Source: Balanoglossus misakiensis
Taxonomy: Eukaryota > Animalia > Hemichordata
NCBI GenBank assembly: GCA_040954595.2
Contig: CM082576.2
Span: 11,907,129 to 11,971,128 of the forward strand
Direction of reading: 5' to 3'
Length of the DNA stretch: 64,000 bases
Of this stretch, positions 22,301 to 35,200 are shown one piece after another (within the stretch, counting starts at the first letter, position 1; each line of letters starts with the position of its first letter). The position numbers were made by a program, and so were the translations under genes. Under the pieces are notes generated by a model. That model was not told where the DNA came from. It ran no database searches and was given only the letters and a program-made list of their open reading frames with translations.

Positions 22301-23395
22301 CCCATCATTCTAGCAAACATTCTTGATTACATCTGTTGCAGGTTTAATTTTGAAATTAGCATTTGTGACATTTATGCCATGGGTTTGGCTTCAAAACCTG
22401 CAAACTCCCTTCTTGGTTTGTCTGTGTGCTTATGACATAATTTAGACTTGGAAGGCACGAAATATCATTTAAATGGTAATTTATTTGTGATTATTGAAGT
22501 TAAACATTTCCCATTAACCTGGACTCAAATATTTTTAAAAAGAGATTCTGATTTTGCATTGTCTGTCCGTCAATACAATACACAAACATTCTAGATCAAA
22601 ACCAGAAAACTGTATTGAGTCTTAAATGTTTCATTTATATATTTTACAACTGTTTGTATGTTTTCATTATTTTCTTTTGTCTTCCAGTGATTCTGTGATC
22701 AAAGAGTGGGACCTGAACACAATGACATGTGTCAGACAGTTACACGGTCACAGAGGGCCAGTCAGAGATGTCCAGGTGAGTTGCTTTCCAATGTGAAGTC
22801 CCCTGGATGGGGAAAAATGGTATTGTTCCATAATACACATTGCCTGGTTCTGTTCGCTGTGATAGAGATCAAAATCATTGTCGTTTGATTTTGTGTTATT
22901 TTGAACACAGATACGTTTATTCCAAGCCCAGAAATGAAGTAAAATAAAGCAAATTACGACACTGTGTCCGTTTAAAGTATTTTACTGACCATACATACCA
23001 GAGTGGCAGAATTAATCCCTAATAAGCATTATCTACTCTGGATCAAAACGTGTGAAAATATTGCACCAAAACTTAGTGCCAACTTGAGCCCAATCATAAA
23101 CTGCTCCTCCTTCCTCCAAGATATATTCTTTGACAAATGGCCCCTTATATTTTAGCATATTTCTGTATGTCACCACAACAAAAGATCTAACAAAATAACC
23201 ACCACCATCATCATCATCATCATCATTGTCAATCCCCCCTCCCCCCACCAGATAACAGACGATCGACTAGTCAGCTGCAGCGACGACGGCAACATCCGAA
23301 TCTGGGACCTGATGACACCTCTGCTGAAACCACCGGATGAATCGCACGGAAAGACTATCCCTATGCAGACCATCAAGCAAGGGGACGACGACTGA
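10313..23395 (+). CDS. F-box/WD40-repeat protein (FBXW family, FBXW10-like layout), up to ~1246 aa; exons 10313-11639, 11926-12122, 12350-12456, 13711-13874, 14284-14454, 15520-15621, 16111-16173, 16978-17007, 17319-17508, 17788-17847, 18893-19199, 19586-19828, 20301-20458, 20596-20736, 20938-21019, 21253-21419, 22688-22775, 23252-23395
   Basis: F-box (IDCLPDKAILKVFTFLQPHEINMAAQVCRRWRYIAAQDELW) in exon 4. Seven WD40 repeats (GHMDCV..VWD, GHKGGV..VWD, GHKGSI..VW, GHTDAV.., GHTEPI..FWN, MHETSV..EWD, GHRGPV..IWD) in the last seven exons. GT-AG sites and phases chain into one 3741-nt frame. Small exons 6-8 and 10 are less certain. Confidence 0.9.
13711..13874 (+). CDS. F-box domain exon of the FBXW gene
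   Basis: LP..A.LKVF.FL....I..AAQVCRRW..IA..DELW consensus; CAG| acceptor and |GTAAGG donor. Confidence 0.92.
18125..18264. repeat. Imperfect long inverted repeat (fold-back, MITE-like) in an FBXW intron
   Basis: Nested arms: ATGTGCAGCG/CGCTGCACAT, TCCTTATTGGTCA/TGACCAATCAGGA, GATTCAC/GTGAATC. Confidence 0.7.
19215..19340. mobile_element. Tc1/mariner-pogo-type MITE fragment (right end with TIR and TA)
   Basis: Ends ...AGACAGGTTTTACTG+TA. The internal segment TGTTCAGTTTG..GTGTC..AGAGGTTCTTTT.ACATGTG is shared with the copy at 21484. Confidence 0.65.
21484..21620. mobile_element. Second copy of the same Tc1/mariner-pogo-type MITE (left end with TA and TIR)
   Basis: Starts TA+CAGTAAAACCTGTCT, the reverse complement of the 19324-19340 terminus, and shares its internal segment. 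Right end is degraded and its boundary approximate. Confidence 0.65.
23196..23249. repeat. (ACC)n-(ATC)n microsatellite plus C-run directly before the last FBXW acceptor
   Basis: ACCACCACCATCATCATCATCATCATCAT..CCCCCTCCCCCCACCAG. Confidence 0.8.
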
Positions 23396-25238
23396 CAACA
23401 TTCCATTATTTCCATTACAAAAAAAGATTTTGTAATTTTTTTTATGTACAGTTCAATGTTGTACATACAACAGATGTGTAGATACCACCAAATTAACTGT
23501 GTATAAAAATGATGTATTTAACTTGAAGTGTATTCCTATCTATATCAAAAGTCTAGCCTTGAAACAACTCTATATATGATATTTACTCTATAATATAATT
23601 ATATATCCTTAATATACTTTGAAATATATATAACCTCATTTTCTCGATGGTATATATGCAATAGTAGCTGATAAACTCCGTCCATACTTCAGGGTGTCGT
23701 AAGGTTTGTGTGCTAAAAATATGCAATGTCCTCAATTTGTTTGACAAAAGGATGGAATTGTTTTCGAGTTTATCCAGGTACAGTACTTTTTTTTTTGCCA
23801 GTTTGTATCTCAAGAAAATAAGACGTTCATTTACTTAGCTATCGTCTATCAATTTTTAAAATTCCACAAAAGGAAATATTTTGAATGTGGCAGAGTGACC
23901 ATAACTAAATAAGTATGAGATGAAACGTGTCCAATTTGTGTGGTTTTTTGAGTGACATTCTGTTTCAATAGATGAATTTGAATGAATTTCAGTTTTTCAT
24001 TTGATGTATTTAATTACAAACTGCAAATTAAGACAAACTCACACACAAAAACCAGAAACACTCAGCATTTCATTTACTTTGAGGTAGTAAATTCAGGTTA
24101 TGAAAAAAAATAATGTTCTTTGTCTACAAATAAGTTATCTGAATGCTGTGGTCATTTTACTTTTTGATTTGATACATTTTTATAAGTCAATTGACTGTAT
24201 GGAGACAACAGTTCATTAAAATGAACAGAAGTTCCCAAGTCAGAAACAAAATTTATTGAAATCACTGTTGTTTTTAATTTGTAATTTTAAGTGGTTTATG
24301 TATTTGTCTTTTATTTTGTTGTTTAACATGTTAATAATGAAATGATTTTTTACCAGTTCCTCATTTACTGCATGCAGGCTTTGTATTTGCCACGACAACA
24401 GGTGATGAAAATCTCATCTGGTACAACAATGTGAACATTGTCAGAATATTTGTGCTTATTTTTATTGTGTGTTATTAAGCATCACAAATGAAGATTTGTC
24501 TCGGTAACATAACCAATTTGCCATTCTGTTCTTCCCCCCAAACCCACCCAGGAATGAATGCTAATGTCTGAAGTTAATTTTGAGTGAAACTTCAAACACA
24601 TTCTTGATCACCATCCTATTTTGCAACGAAAAACGTAGTTGCATGGGATTTAACTGTCTTTTAAAAGAAAGAAAATGATGTTGTTGTCTTCAGTGACATA
24701 TACACATTTCACAGTCTTCTCTCTTCTGTTGTCCTCCAGAGTGTGTCTGCTTGTGGGGGTACATGTTATTTCTTGTGCTCCACAAGACACTGTCAGAATG
24801 ACATACAGAATTACGCTTTATTTATCTGTCTTCCACTAGATTATTGGTGGTGTTCTGCCAGGCCCACCGGAATATTCAAAATCACCAGCTATCACATCTC
24901 ATATCAAACCTTGTATACAGGCATGATATGCTGTATGGCAGTTCTTCTAATCACAATTTCTTGTATCACTGGAGAGATTAGAATATTCTGTTTGTTTCAG
25001 ACACGGGCCAATGTTTTTGTTGAAATAACCAGACATGTCGGATAGAAGTTTTGTTAAAATGACTTCAATACATGAAGTGTTCCTCTCTACCAGAGTATAA
25101 AATTATCTTTCATAATGTAATATTTGAAAAAAATGTTTTTGACACATCAAAATGTAACATTTACCATCTTATCCTTATCTATCATTCTGTTATTTGTCTG
25201 TTGTGTTTACCAGGACGGTGCCTGTGAAGTATTCATGC

Positions 25239-25244
25239 AATAAA
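25239..25244 (+). other. Candidate polyadenylation signal of the FBXW gene (3' UTR ~1.85 kb)
   Basis: AATAAA followed by GT/T-rich sequence, at the end of the CpG-poor block that follows the stop codon. Confidence 0.45.
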
Positions 25245-26761
25245 CCATCCTCATTTCTGTTAATTGATGTGTAATTTTGTGTGTATTTGCAATACTAGAG
25301 AAGTACTCTGAAATTAAGAATGATATTGTCAGAAAGCTTGAAAATGACAACTGCATATTGAATTTATGCAATTTTCAAGGAATTTTACGCAAACGTAAAT
25401 AACTAATGTTGCTATTGATTTTTTAAACCATCATCTCCATTTTGATGAGAACTTTGTTGTTTTGAAATACCACGAACAATATCACAACTTCGAATAGACC
25501 CGAGAAATTTCGTGTGACGTGGACACTGCCCTCTGTGGTGGGCTAAGAGAGGCCGCAACACAGCGCCACGGCGGTCGCCGGGGGCCGGGGTGACGTCACT
25601 TTGTTTCTTGATAAGTTCATAAAAGATTTTCGATGACAAGGGGGAGTTGGTGACTAAAGTACTTACTGAAAGACCGTTGTTGGTTATGGAGAACGCTGTC
25701 ATGTGTTTACTGGTTATTATTCTTTGGTGTCCTCGACCGTTGTCTTCATACATTTGGAAACCAGATGTAGCGGACAGCATTTTTTTGTTTCAATCTAAAC
25801 ACACCCCATGCACAGATTCGCTTTGAAAAATGACTCATACTTTCAGTTAAAGTATCGGGCCGTTACAGTTTACGCCGCCCTCCTTCAATATCATCAAATA
25901 CCGCCGGTGTGGTAAAGTAAACGCAAAATTCATCATTTTATGAAAAAATGGGGAGGGGTGGGCACTATTTTAACACGGTGATCGGGGCGCCCTCACACGG
26001 CTCCGTACTGTGAACTGATTCGGGCTCTCAGACCCGTCCTTTTCAAGAGTCATTTACTTGGGCTGTCTGCATTCCAGAAGAGCGTCTGGAAAATCTCTGC
26101 TTTGCACGTGTTGACGTCGGAAAGCGATTGCCTGACACTGGGCCGGGGCTGTAAAATGATACCCGACACTCAGAAAGCGATTAAAATGCCTAGGTGTACA
26201 AACACAACTGGCCTCAGAATCCAAATAAAATGTGGGATGTAACCAGTCCGAATAAACAGATAGCACTTGGTGATACCACCGTAGTATGTGATGAGAGAGA
26301 TAGCCTGGCACCCCTCCAGAGCATTTTTTTTAAAAAAAAGGCCAACACTGGAAAACTATTAGGCTCCAGCCGTTTAATATCACCCCCTGCTTACCACACA
26401 TAGACGCTGTTTTCTCGGATCCCTCTAATCTGCTCCCATATATTGACGTCAAACTTTGCCAGACCCGAATTGAACCCCCCCCCCCCCGCGTGCCACACCG
26501 AAAGATATTTGGGACAACGCGGGTCACAAGGCATAAATGTTGGTAAGGACATGAAACGGACAACAAGCATGTGGTGTTTCTGTAACTAATTATAAACACC
26601 ACCCCCTATAAAAATCTTACTCGTATACAGCGTCCCAGACGAGTTTTTTCTTCGCAGCCAGAAATACAAAAAAAACACAGCCTGGCAGAAAACCGGATGA
26701 TCTTTCTCGTCACAGTATATAGTTGTTCACTTTCGTTTAATTTATCCCGCGGTCGCCTGAC

Positions 26762-26775
26762 GTTGCCATGGTAAC
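26762..26775. promoter_or_regulatory. Canonical RFX X-box followed by CCAAT
   Basis: GTTGCCATGGTAAC, then CCAAT. Confidence 0.5.
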
Positions 26776-29013
26776 CCAATGATAGATTTACGGTCTTTAT
26801 CCATTTGATCCCGGTTCCCCCCTCTTCAGCATAATGAACGCGCACTCAAATCAAGACAGAATTTTATACCTAGATGGCGTTCTCCGGCGCGGCTTAATTA
26901 TGTTTTTAACAACTTCAAAACTTGCCAAGAACCAACAGTTTTATTATACCGAGCCTTGCGTCGCCTCTTAAACCCCGTGGTCAAGGGTAAACTAACTCAC
27001 GTGCGGTTTCAAGTACATTTGTTTTCAGCGTCCCTGTTGGCGATCTATAGACGTAAAAGGGCATCCATCAAACCACACGTGCCCAGGATGGCGACAAGCT
27101 TTTCATTAAAAAGGCCGAGCCGACGTCTCAGAACGTCTGGGGCTGAAGTTGGTTCATATTTGTTTCTCGGCGATATTTTGGCGGCCGGCGTTGCTTTTGT
27201 CCGACCCTCTTATTTTTCTACGTTTTGAGCTCTGGTCGCTGCTTCATAGCTCATTTAGTTTTTGAAACGGCGTGTAAAGTTGGAAACTCCATCCGTTACT
27301 CCCGGTATTGAGTTGTAAGGAAAACAAGTAAGCCGGGGTGTATATTTAGATTGCCACATAGCTTTTGCCAACTTACAAGCACGCTTAAAGCAAACAGTTA
27401 TTCTAACCGTTACCTCTGAGACGCCGCGATCAATCCGTGTCCCCTGCAGTACAATATCCCCACCATCCTATCTCCAGCTTTCGAGTTGTTTTGTTTCGAG
27501 AGCTAGAGAGAGAAAAAAAAATTGTGCAAGTGGGGACTGCCGAGGAGGCGTTTGAAGTAACCCCTTTCCTGTAAAAACCAAAATAAAGACGACCATATTA
27601 CTTTACGTTCATTGATCCATTGGAATGCCGCTAATTAGACGAGTTGTCCTTTGTGTGCGACGAGAACTGCTGTAACATTGTATGATGTTTGGTAAAATTC
27701 CTTGACACATGGTCGTATTTCGTCCATTCCATCCATCAAGTGCGTATCGCAGTTTCAATTTTAATGACACGGTGTGCAACATTTCATCCCGGTTTTCCAT
27801 TTCTGTGACGTGAATGAAATTGGCCGGCTCCCCCGCGCGCGCGGTCTCGGGTGCTTCGATCAGTCCCCTCGAGGAGGAGAAGAAAAACTAAACATTTCAT
27901 TTTCTGTTTTCCCCCCTATACCATTACCAAACTTGTTAGAGGCGAGGGCTCGGGTTTCTGCCCCGAGAGTGTGGTCGGGCCGGACGGTAGTTTTATTACG
28001 CTATTAGGCAAGACAAACCAGTTTGTCACGCGGAATGTAAACGATACACAGATTGTCTCTCTATATACGTGTGCATCTTCACGGCGGTGTTAAACGCTGC
28101 GGAACGGAGTGTGTATATGTGTGTCTTCTGGAAGCACTACCGTTTTAAGACAACAAAATTCCATGTGGCCGCCATATAAACCAGGCCACTGCAGTATAAC
28201 GCGGGCTGTGTGTTTATACCCATACTTCAGATGCGTTTGCCGTGCGTAAAAATACGTCCCGTTCAAATAAACAAGAAAAATCTCTCCTCACCGTGTTCGC
28301 TGAAGAAGATGAAAAAAAAAAAAACTTATACCACCGGGTTAGACTTTTTTGCGACATATCGGCTAACACTTGAGCCGCGCTGCTCGCGTGCCGCATTTTT
28401 CTTCCAAGTGTTTGTTAGCAATTCGAAACACCCGCTCCCATTTCGCTCGAATTCCAGTGTTATTGTTACGCTATTTCTTCTCCGCAGGTAAACAACTTCA
28501 CCTGGAGTGTTTTCATAGGTACTTTCTGAAGAGCTCCGTTGAACAGAAACAAAAGGCGAGTAATCGACGAGTATGGGCTGCGTGCGTACATTCTTGAACC
28601 CAACGGCATCCTCTTACACCAGGGTTGTGTCGGCACCCTCCGTTTTTTAATTACATTTCTAAGTACTTTCGTCTGCACGCTTTTGTAACCCCCACCCAAA
28701 CCCCCGCCCACAACACACACCTCCGATACGGTACTTCCACTGCAATTTGATAGAAAAAAAAGATTGAAAACTGACCAATATTCCCGAGATACATTTCGTA
28801 AATAGTTCAGCAGACTTATGGGCGAAAGATTATATCGTTTTTGCCATGTATATACCCAGGATATTTTGCGATTCCAGTTTTGTATCAGTGGAGAAGCACA
28901 CTAAGTAATTCTTTACACAAACACAATCGATTCGGATTTCTACATTATGAACACCTGACACCTTAGCCACCGCAGACGACACAAGAGACTCCCAACGTCG
29001 AGACTTCAAGAGT

Positions 29014-29233
29014 TTAACCGTTTGAACGACACATTTTCTCTGTCAAAATGTGCAACACTTATTTTTTAACATTTTCACCTATTTTCCTCTCATTTTCCCC
29101 TTAATTTTAGACCAAATGGACATAATCTTCCATTGTCTTCAGTTCTTATTCAAAATTCGAGGACAAATGTGGAAAAAGTTATTAGGGTTTATTTTTTTGA
29201 AAGATGGCGACAAGATTGCGTTGAAAGGGTTAA
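29014..29233. mobile_element. piggyBac-type non-autonomous element (~212 bp) with TTAA target duplication
   Basis: TTAA-CCGTTTGAAC ... GTTGAAAGGG-TTAA: imperfect TIRs (8/10) flanked by TTAA at 29014-29017 and 29230-29233; AT-rich interior. Confidence 0.6.
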
Positions 29234-32200
29234 ATAGGCTGACTGCACAGTTTGAATTAAAATGTGAAGGTTAGTTTTGGTTAGTGAACTAGACAAACAG
29301 GGAAATGTGAGCGCTTTCGGCACTGTGGTATTTGTGGCTGTTTTTCTTCTAACTTCGACGATCTCAGGAGTTTATAAGCGGGCTTTTTGCTGCTTTTCCA
29401 CTCAAATATCTTTAGGCACTTGAGAAAATAAAGATCACCTAAGCATATGACAAGATCATCAAGACAAAACAAAACATCTCCAAAAATGGACTTGATACAA
29501 AACTTTTCTGACTCACGACATGAGTGTCACAATGTGGGCGTTTTGGGGGGTGCGGTTGGATTGTACTTTTGAACTTGAGAAATAATTGAGTTAATTTTTA
29601 AATGCGCAGATAGCTTAGTCATTTCCGATGGCAAAATGTGTTTTTTGTCGCTTCCTTTAATGATCACAGCATCATAGCAAGAAGTTGATAAGCGATAAAC
29701 AACCGACCGAAAAACAATCTTTTCGGCTTGGCCAAAAAGCCCAGCGGTGGACTGATAACACCTAGAGTCCAGTCTGAAACAAAAGGCCAACTCATTTGCG
29801 GCCAATTAACGCTAAGTGGTCGGACGAATTCTAGATCAAAATATTTGACATTCGAGATTGTTTTCTGGGGTGGAAGTCACGTGAATGAGGAAGTGCCCGT
29901 GACTGGAGTGATCTCGTTCAAGATGCGTAAAATATTGGCACAGCCAGGCGTGCATATAGCAGGTGATTGAAAAGATCGCTGGCAACCATCTTGCGGGAGA
30001 ATCGGTGCTCGGCAACAATGTGCCGGCACCGGTCTGGTAGTAGGCGAACGAAGATAACCTGTTGCTTATGACGTTTTCTTGAAGTTAACAAATAATAGTC
30101 CCCCCATGAGGTCGCATAATCTTTATACTGATTCAGACACGATGCGACGCGTGTACATTTCTGTAGCAGATTTGGGTTACTATTGGGAGCTTGGGGGAAA
30201 AAACTCAGTCAGTCAGATTTCTAGTTTAATATCACTCAGAAAGTGCGTTGTCGTTGTCGTTGAAGGCCGACTAAGGAACGAATATTCGACATGGATAACG
30301 AACATTCTGCCTTTTTCGAGAAGCGCGTCGTCATTTGGGGACATCGGTCCTTTGGCCGTAAAGTTGGGTGAATTCTGTTTGTTTTAAAAATAACTGCGGG
30401 ACTTCATCGGGATAAAATGTTAACCACGCCCCCTTTTTATAGCCATTAAAGCCAGATATTTTGTTCCTCAACACGGAATTGTGAAATCGGCAAATTTTCA
30501 GTAAAATATCCTCTTAACAAATCCTAATTGATTAATGTTTTAATTATTATAATTAGAATGTGATCCAGTTTCTGACTGGAACATGTATGTGAGGTCATAG
30601 GAAAGTGACACAACATGTCCAACAGTAGCCGGCAATGTGTTGGCCATCTCCAGTTAGTTTTTAAAAAGACCATACACCCAGACCTTCCTACCGATATTTA
30701 CTCAAGACTCGAGCTCGCTGGAAAAATTCTAACATCGAATGCATACACGATGATTAGCTACTTAAAAAGGAGTTCTTGATTTCAACGTGAGACTCGGGGC
30801 GTGTGGTTTAACTGAACAATGACTGGTAACATATGGCCCAGAGGTTGAGGAGTCGAACAAACACGCAATAATATACGCGCAGTCGTATTTTATTCATTTC
30901 TTTGTGCGGTATCAGTAATTAAAAAGGGAGGGTTCAAACATAGCTGCACACAGAATACCAAAGGCGGAGGGGGAAATGCCATATGTCTATCGACTGCAAA
31001 TGCGCAGACCATCAAAAGTTTCTTTTTCTCTCTGGTACATTTCAGAGTACTGTAACCAGAATGCGCTTCTTCAGATTAAGTTAAGTTTAACACCGCAACT
31101 TTCGTGAAATGTGCACGGGGCTTAAATGACATGCGCAATTTCCTGCGAACTGTCCTCTACCGTCATTGCTGGGGGACGGCGAAGGCACATTGCCTCTCGC
31201 AAATTGACTTGTTTTCAATTAAAATATTCCCCATAAACACGGCGGAGTTTATGGCGTTGCATTTCGAATTCCGTCCAAATCTGGCAGCTGCATCCGTTTC
31301 CGTTCGAGGAAATAAAACGCACACTTTCAAGCGATAAACCTGCACTTATATCCATCATATTATGGGCTCTGTTACCCGAGGTGCATGCCGGGATTGGACC
31401 CCGCCCGCCACCGACCGGAGAACCTGTCCCGCGATGCACCGTGAAAAACCGCAAGCGAGTCAACTTGTGGCGTCTTGACGATGAACAGTCCCCGAAGCCC
31501 CAAAAATCCGGGAGACCCCGATAGTCTACGACAGGAAAAGATGGGATCAGCGTTTCCTCTCATTTTCATAAATTAGTCGAATTAGGGTTCTTCGTGGGGA
31601 GGGACAGGAAGCGCCATTCTCTTTTTTTGAACAAGAGAAAAACTACTCAGGCCTAAACAATGGCCAGAATCTTTCTGAATGCAGAGAAGCGTTGTTCCAT
31701 CTCAGTGCTTAGCATTCGACTTCCGACTCACAATTCTTGGCACCAAAGAGTGAAACTGTCGAGATGTGTTTGCCGAGTACAGTTTGCCCCTCTCCGTTTT
31801 TCTCTTCGAAATAAACTTTCGGTTTCGCAGCAAAAATAACGAATCAGACCAGCTCCGATCTCCCCCTCTTTTTTTAGAAAGTGTAAGCATTATGTAAATA
31901 GGAAAGCGCTCACCACAAGCATTGAGACTGTCTTCAACTACTAAATGTGCGGAAAATGTAAGCAGATTTGGAGACAGGTGATCGACGTGGGAGGTCACTT
32001 TCAGCTTAATATCCCCATCACTACTAACCCCCCAGTTTTAATCTATGTCTCCTTGAAGTGATTATAGACCTAGTGTCAGTAGGGCTTCAGCGCGACGTTG
32101 ATCGAAATCAGGTTGAGAATATTCTCCTTCGATCCTTCCACGGGGGGTCACTCTTGGACAACAGAACAGGTATGCACCGGTCATCTATCGGCATGAAACA

Positions 32201-35200
32201 AAGGAGATGGCGTCAAGATACTTCGGTATTCAAGTCTTCCGATCACAGCCTGTCTGCCGCACAGGATGTAGTTATAATTTTCACCTCGACAGACTTAGAG
32301 TTATTCCCCCAGAACATTTGGTCTCTTTTGCAGTCTCAGCGGACAAATTTAGTCGTAAAAATCCAATTATCAATATATGTGGAGGAGGGGGTAGCGAACC
32401 GGTGTCACAGGTCACCTATAATACTTCCGATAACCCTCTCTTGTCAATGCTATGTGCACTGTGCCTATTATACACTTTATCAGTCGCTTGTTTTCCCTTG
32501 CAATTTAAACGCAATAAATCAATTTGCCCTCTGACAAATCCGATAATTAATGCGAGTTTCAATCACTCGGAATGGTGGCAGCGCCAGTTAAAATGACAAA
32601 AATACACCAAAACGATCTCTTCCACTCGGGTAAAATAGCTTGGACATGACGTGGGGTCCGGTTTGTGATTGCCAAAGCATTGGCTGAATTTAAATGGTTG
32701 CTGTACCGAAGTCTGGGTCGGCCACACACAAGTCAATATTGCCGTTAGGCAAACATACAAATATCAGGCCCCTGTAATTTAGCGCTCATTTCTTGAAATA
32801 TTACTACTTAAGTGGGTTTAGTGTTACTTGGAGCGGTAATTTGCCGTGGTTATCATTGGTGCCGTACAAAGACGACGCTGGTCTGGCTATTCTCAAAGCC
32901 GAGTTACGTCTGCGCATCTATACCAGTACGCGGCTCGCATTATTGTTGTTATGTTAGGGGTGGGTTCTCTTTCGCGACTTCTGCTCAAGCGTGAAGAAAT
33001 AAAACGGAGATATTTATTTGTTTATTTATCGCTGACAGGTGAGGGGAACGAAATTGTCTCCGCCGGCTGGAGCGTTTAATTGCGCGGCGGGAGTTGGGCA
33101 GCGAGATGCGCCAGGGAGAGTAGAGCCTACCACTGCAGTCACCAGGCGAATTCTTCGCGTGGGGCGCTTCAACAGGTTAAACAATGGCGCTAGTTTCTCC
33201 TGAAAAGACCCCCGTCTCACCCCCCCCCCCTCTCTGGCTTTTATGGTCCACGCGAACAATTCCTCGGGATCAGGATGGCGTCAGCGCATGCAGTAACTGC
33301 CAGTCAGCCCAGACCCAGGCGCTGCCAAACAAGGGTGACTTCCAAGGGACGGGCCCCTTTGAAGAATAATAGCGGTGCAATGTGGGTAGATTCGTACATG
33401 CGGGACTTCTTGTCGTAGCTTGCCATTCCCCCTCCCCCTAATTGCCGCGGCTATTCACAGGGCTCCCCATTAAGGACCCTTATCTTTTTTTTACGAGTAC
33501 TCTCCGCGCGCTGAAAGGGTCACTCGCACACAAGAAGATCCGTGAGAAAGGGAAAGTGGGGACCCCTCTTTCAAAAGCGTGTTCAGTGTCTGCCCATTAT
33601 TAAAGGAGGATTTGGCCGAGAGTGACAAAACAAGATATAAATGCTCGTTGTTCGACTCTTGGCATTTCTTTCAGGCTTCTTTGTAGATTAAGTAAAGCAG
33701 ATTACTCCTCTTTCAAAAGTTGAAGTGAACGCGTGAATATTAGCTAAATAACTTTTGAATAACACAGTCAACGATTTATTAGAATCCATATCTCCTCAGT
33801 GACCTCGTCTGCTTCGGTTACATGCAAGGGATTTTTATGCGATTGCGTAAGGTATATATTTTTGTACGACATATCACAGAGTCTGGAAACCCTTGCTTCA
33901 CCTGCCAATTTTAGTATATTGTCTTGTCATATTTTGTGTCCCTGTCTCCAATTACGGTGGCATAAATATGTACGCGATAGAATTTGTTTTCGAAGTGTTT
34001 GCCTGTTTCAATTCCCTCGCCACGCATCTCGTTTTAAACTGTCCGGCATCTAAGCCGACCAAACAAAACACTTCAAGGGTACTTCAAATCTCTATGGTGG
34101 TTTTTTCAAGAGGATTTACACGACAAAAGCCCTCCATAGAAGCATCCGTTTTGGAGGGGGATATTGGGCTGGTGTGCTTTCTCTTTTTTTCGGAGAGGGG
34201 GTGGGGGCTCCTCATTTTCTTGTCTTGAGATGTATAAGCTTTAAGCCGCTTTTGCTTTCCCGGCATGCGTAAGACTGATTTCTGTTGACTCAAGAAAGTA
34301 GTACTTAATTGCCGTGTTTTGTTTAAAATTGGCCATGCGTGTCCCACATTGAGTGTCTTGTCTTTTGACCGGTGTCTGAGTGTTTAGCTTTTGTGGTGGG
34401 CCGGCGCAGGCGCGCGGGAGAGGAGGGAGGGAGATAAAACTTGCGCGGAGTGTGGAGCTGAGCAAACATTAGTATAAGGGAATTGTCACTGGCTTTTATC
34501 CCGGGGACCCATGAATCAGTGTTTCCGTTATAAAAACTCTTAAGTGTGCTGTCGTGGAAATCGTAAAACCGGGAACGGGGAGATTTTGGGGGAGAGCAAA
34601 CGTTTCGGGCGTACAGCGCACAATGCGACCTTTTCATGGCAAAATGGACAATATCATTATTTGTTTAAGAAGTCCTCATGTCGGTTATGCCCGAGAGACC
34701 ATCCTGAAAGAGAAAGTGGTAGCAGAGGAGAGAAACAGACATCACGGGTGGCGGGCGGGTGGGAGGATGATCGAATAACTGCACGCCCAGAAAGTGGTCC
34801 CCGCTAATAGGCGCTAGTGCGTGTTCAGTCACGGACTGAGTTGAGTGAGCATGGGTTTCCCGTCTGTTGGCAAGCGGCTGTTGCCACCGCCGAGCACGCA
34901 CGCATCCAGCAGCTAGCCCCGGCCGGCCGTGATATCATCACATAGCATTGATGCAATTAAGCTGTGTAAATGTTATGCCAGCGACAAGGGCCAAACATCA
35001 CCATTTTCATTTTCCGTGACCAGTTTACATAACCCCTAGCTCTGGTAAACACCTGATTGTGGTGTGGGTTACGAGGGGGGGGGGGGGAGACCACGCTCGG
35101 TGATGAACCACTGCGCGATAAATAGGGGGGACGGACGTCCGGCCCGGGCCAGACACAGTCCATCAGACACCGAAATTAGTACCAACACTGTCAACCGATC

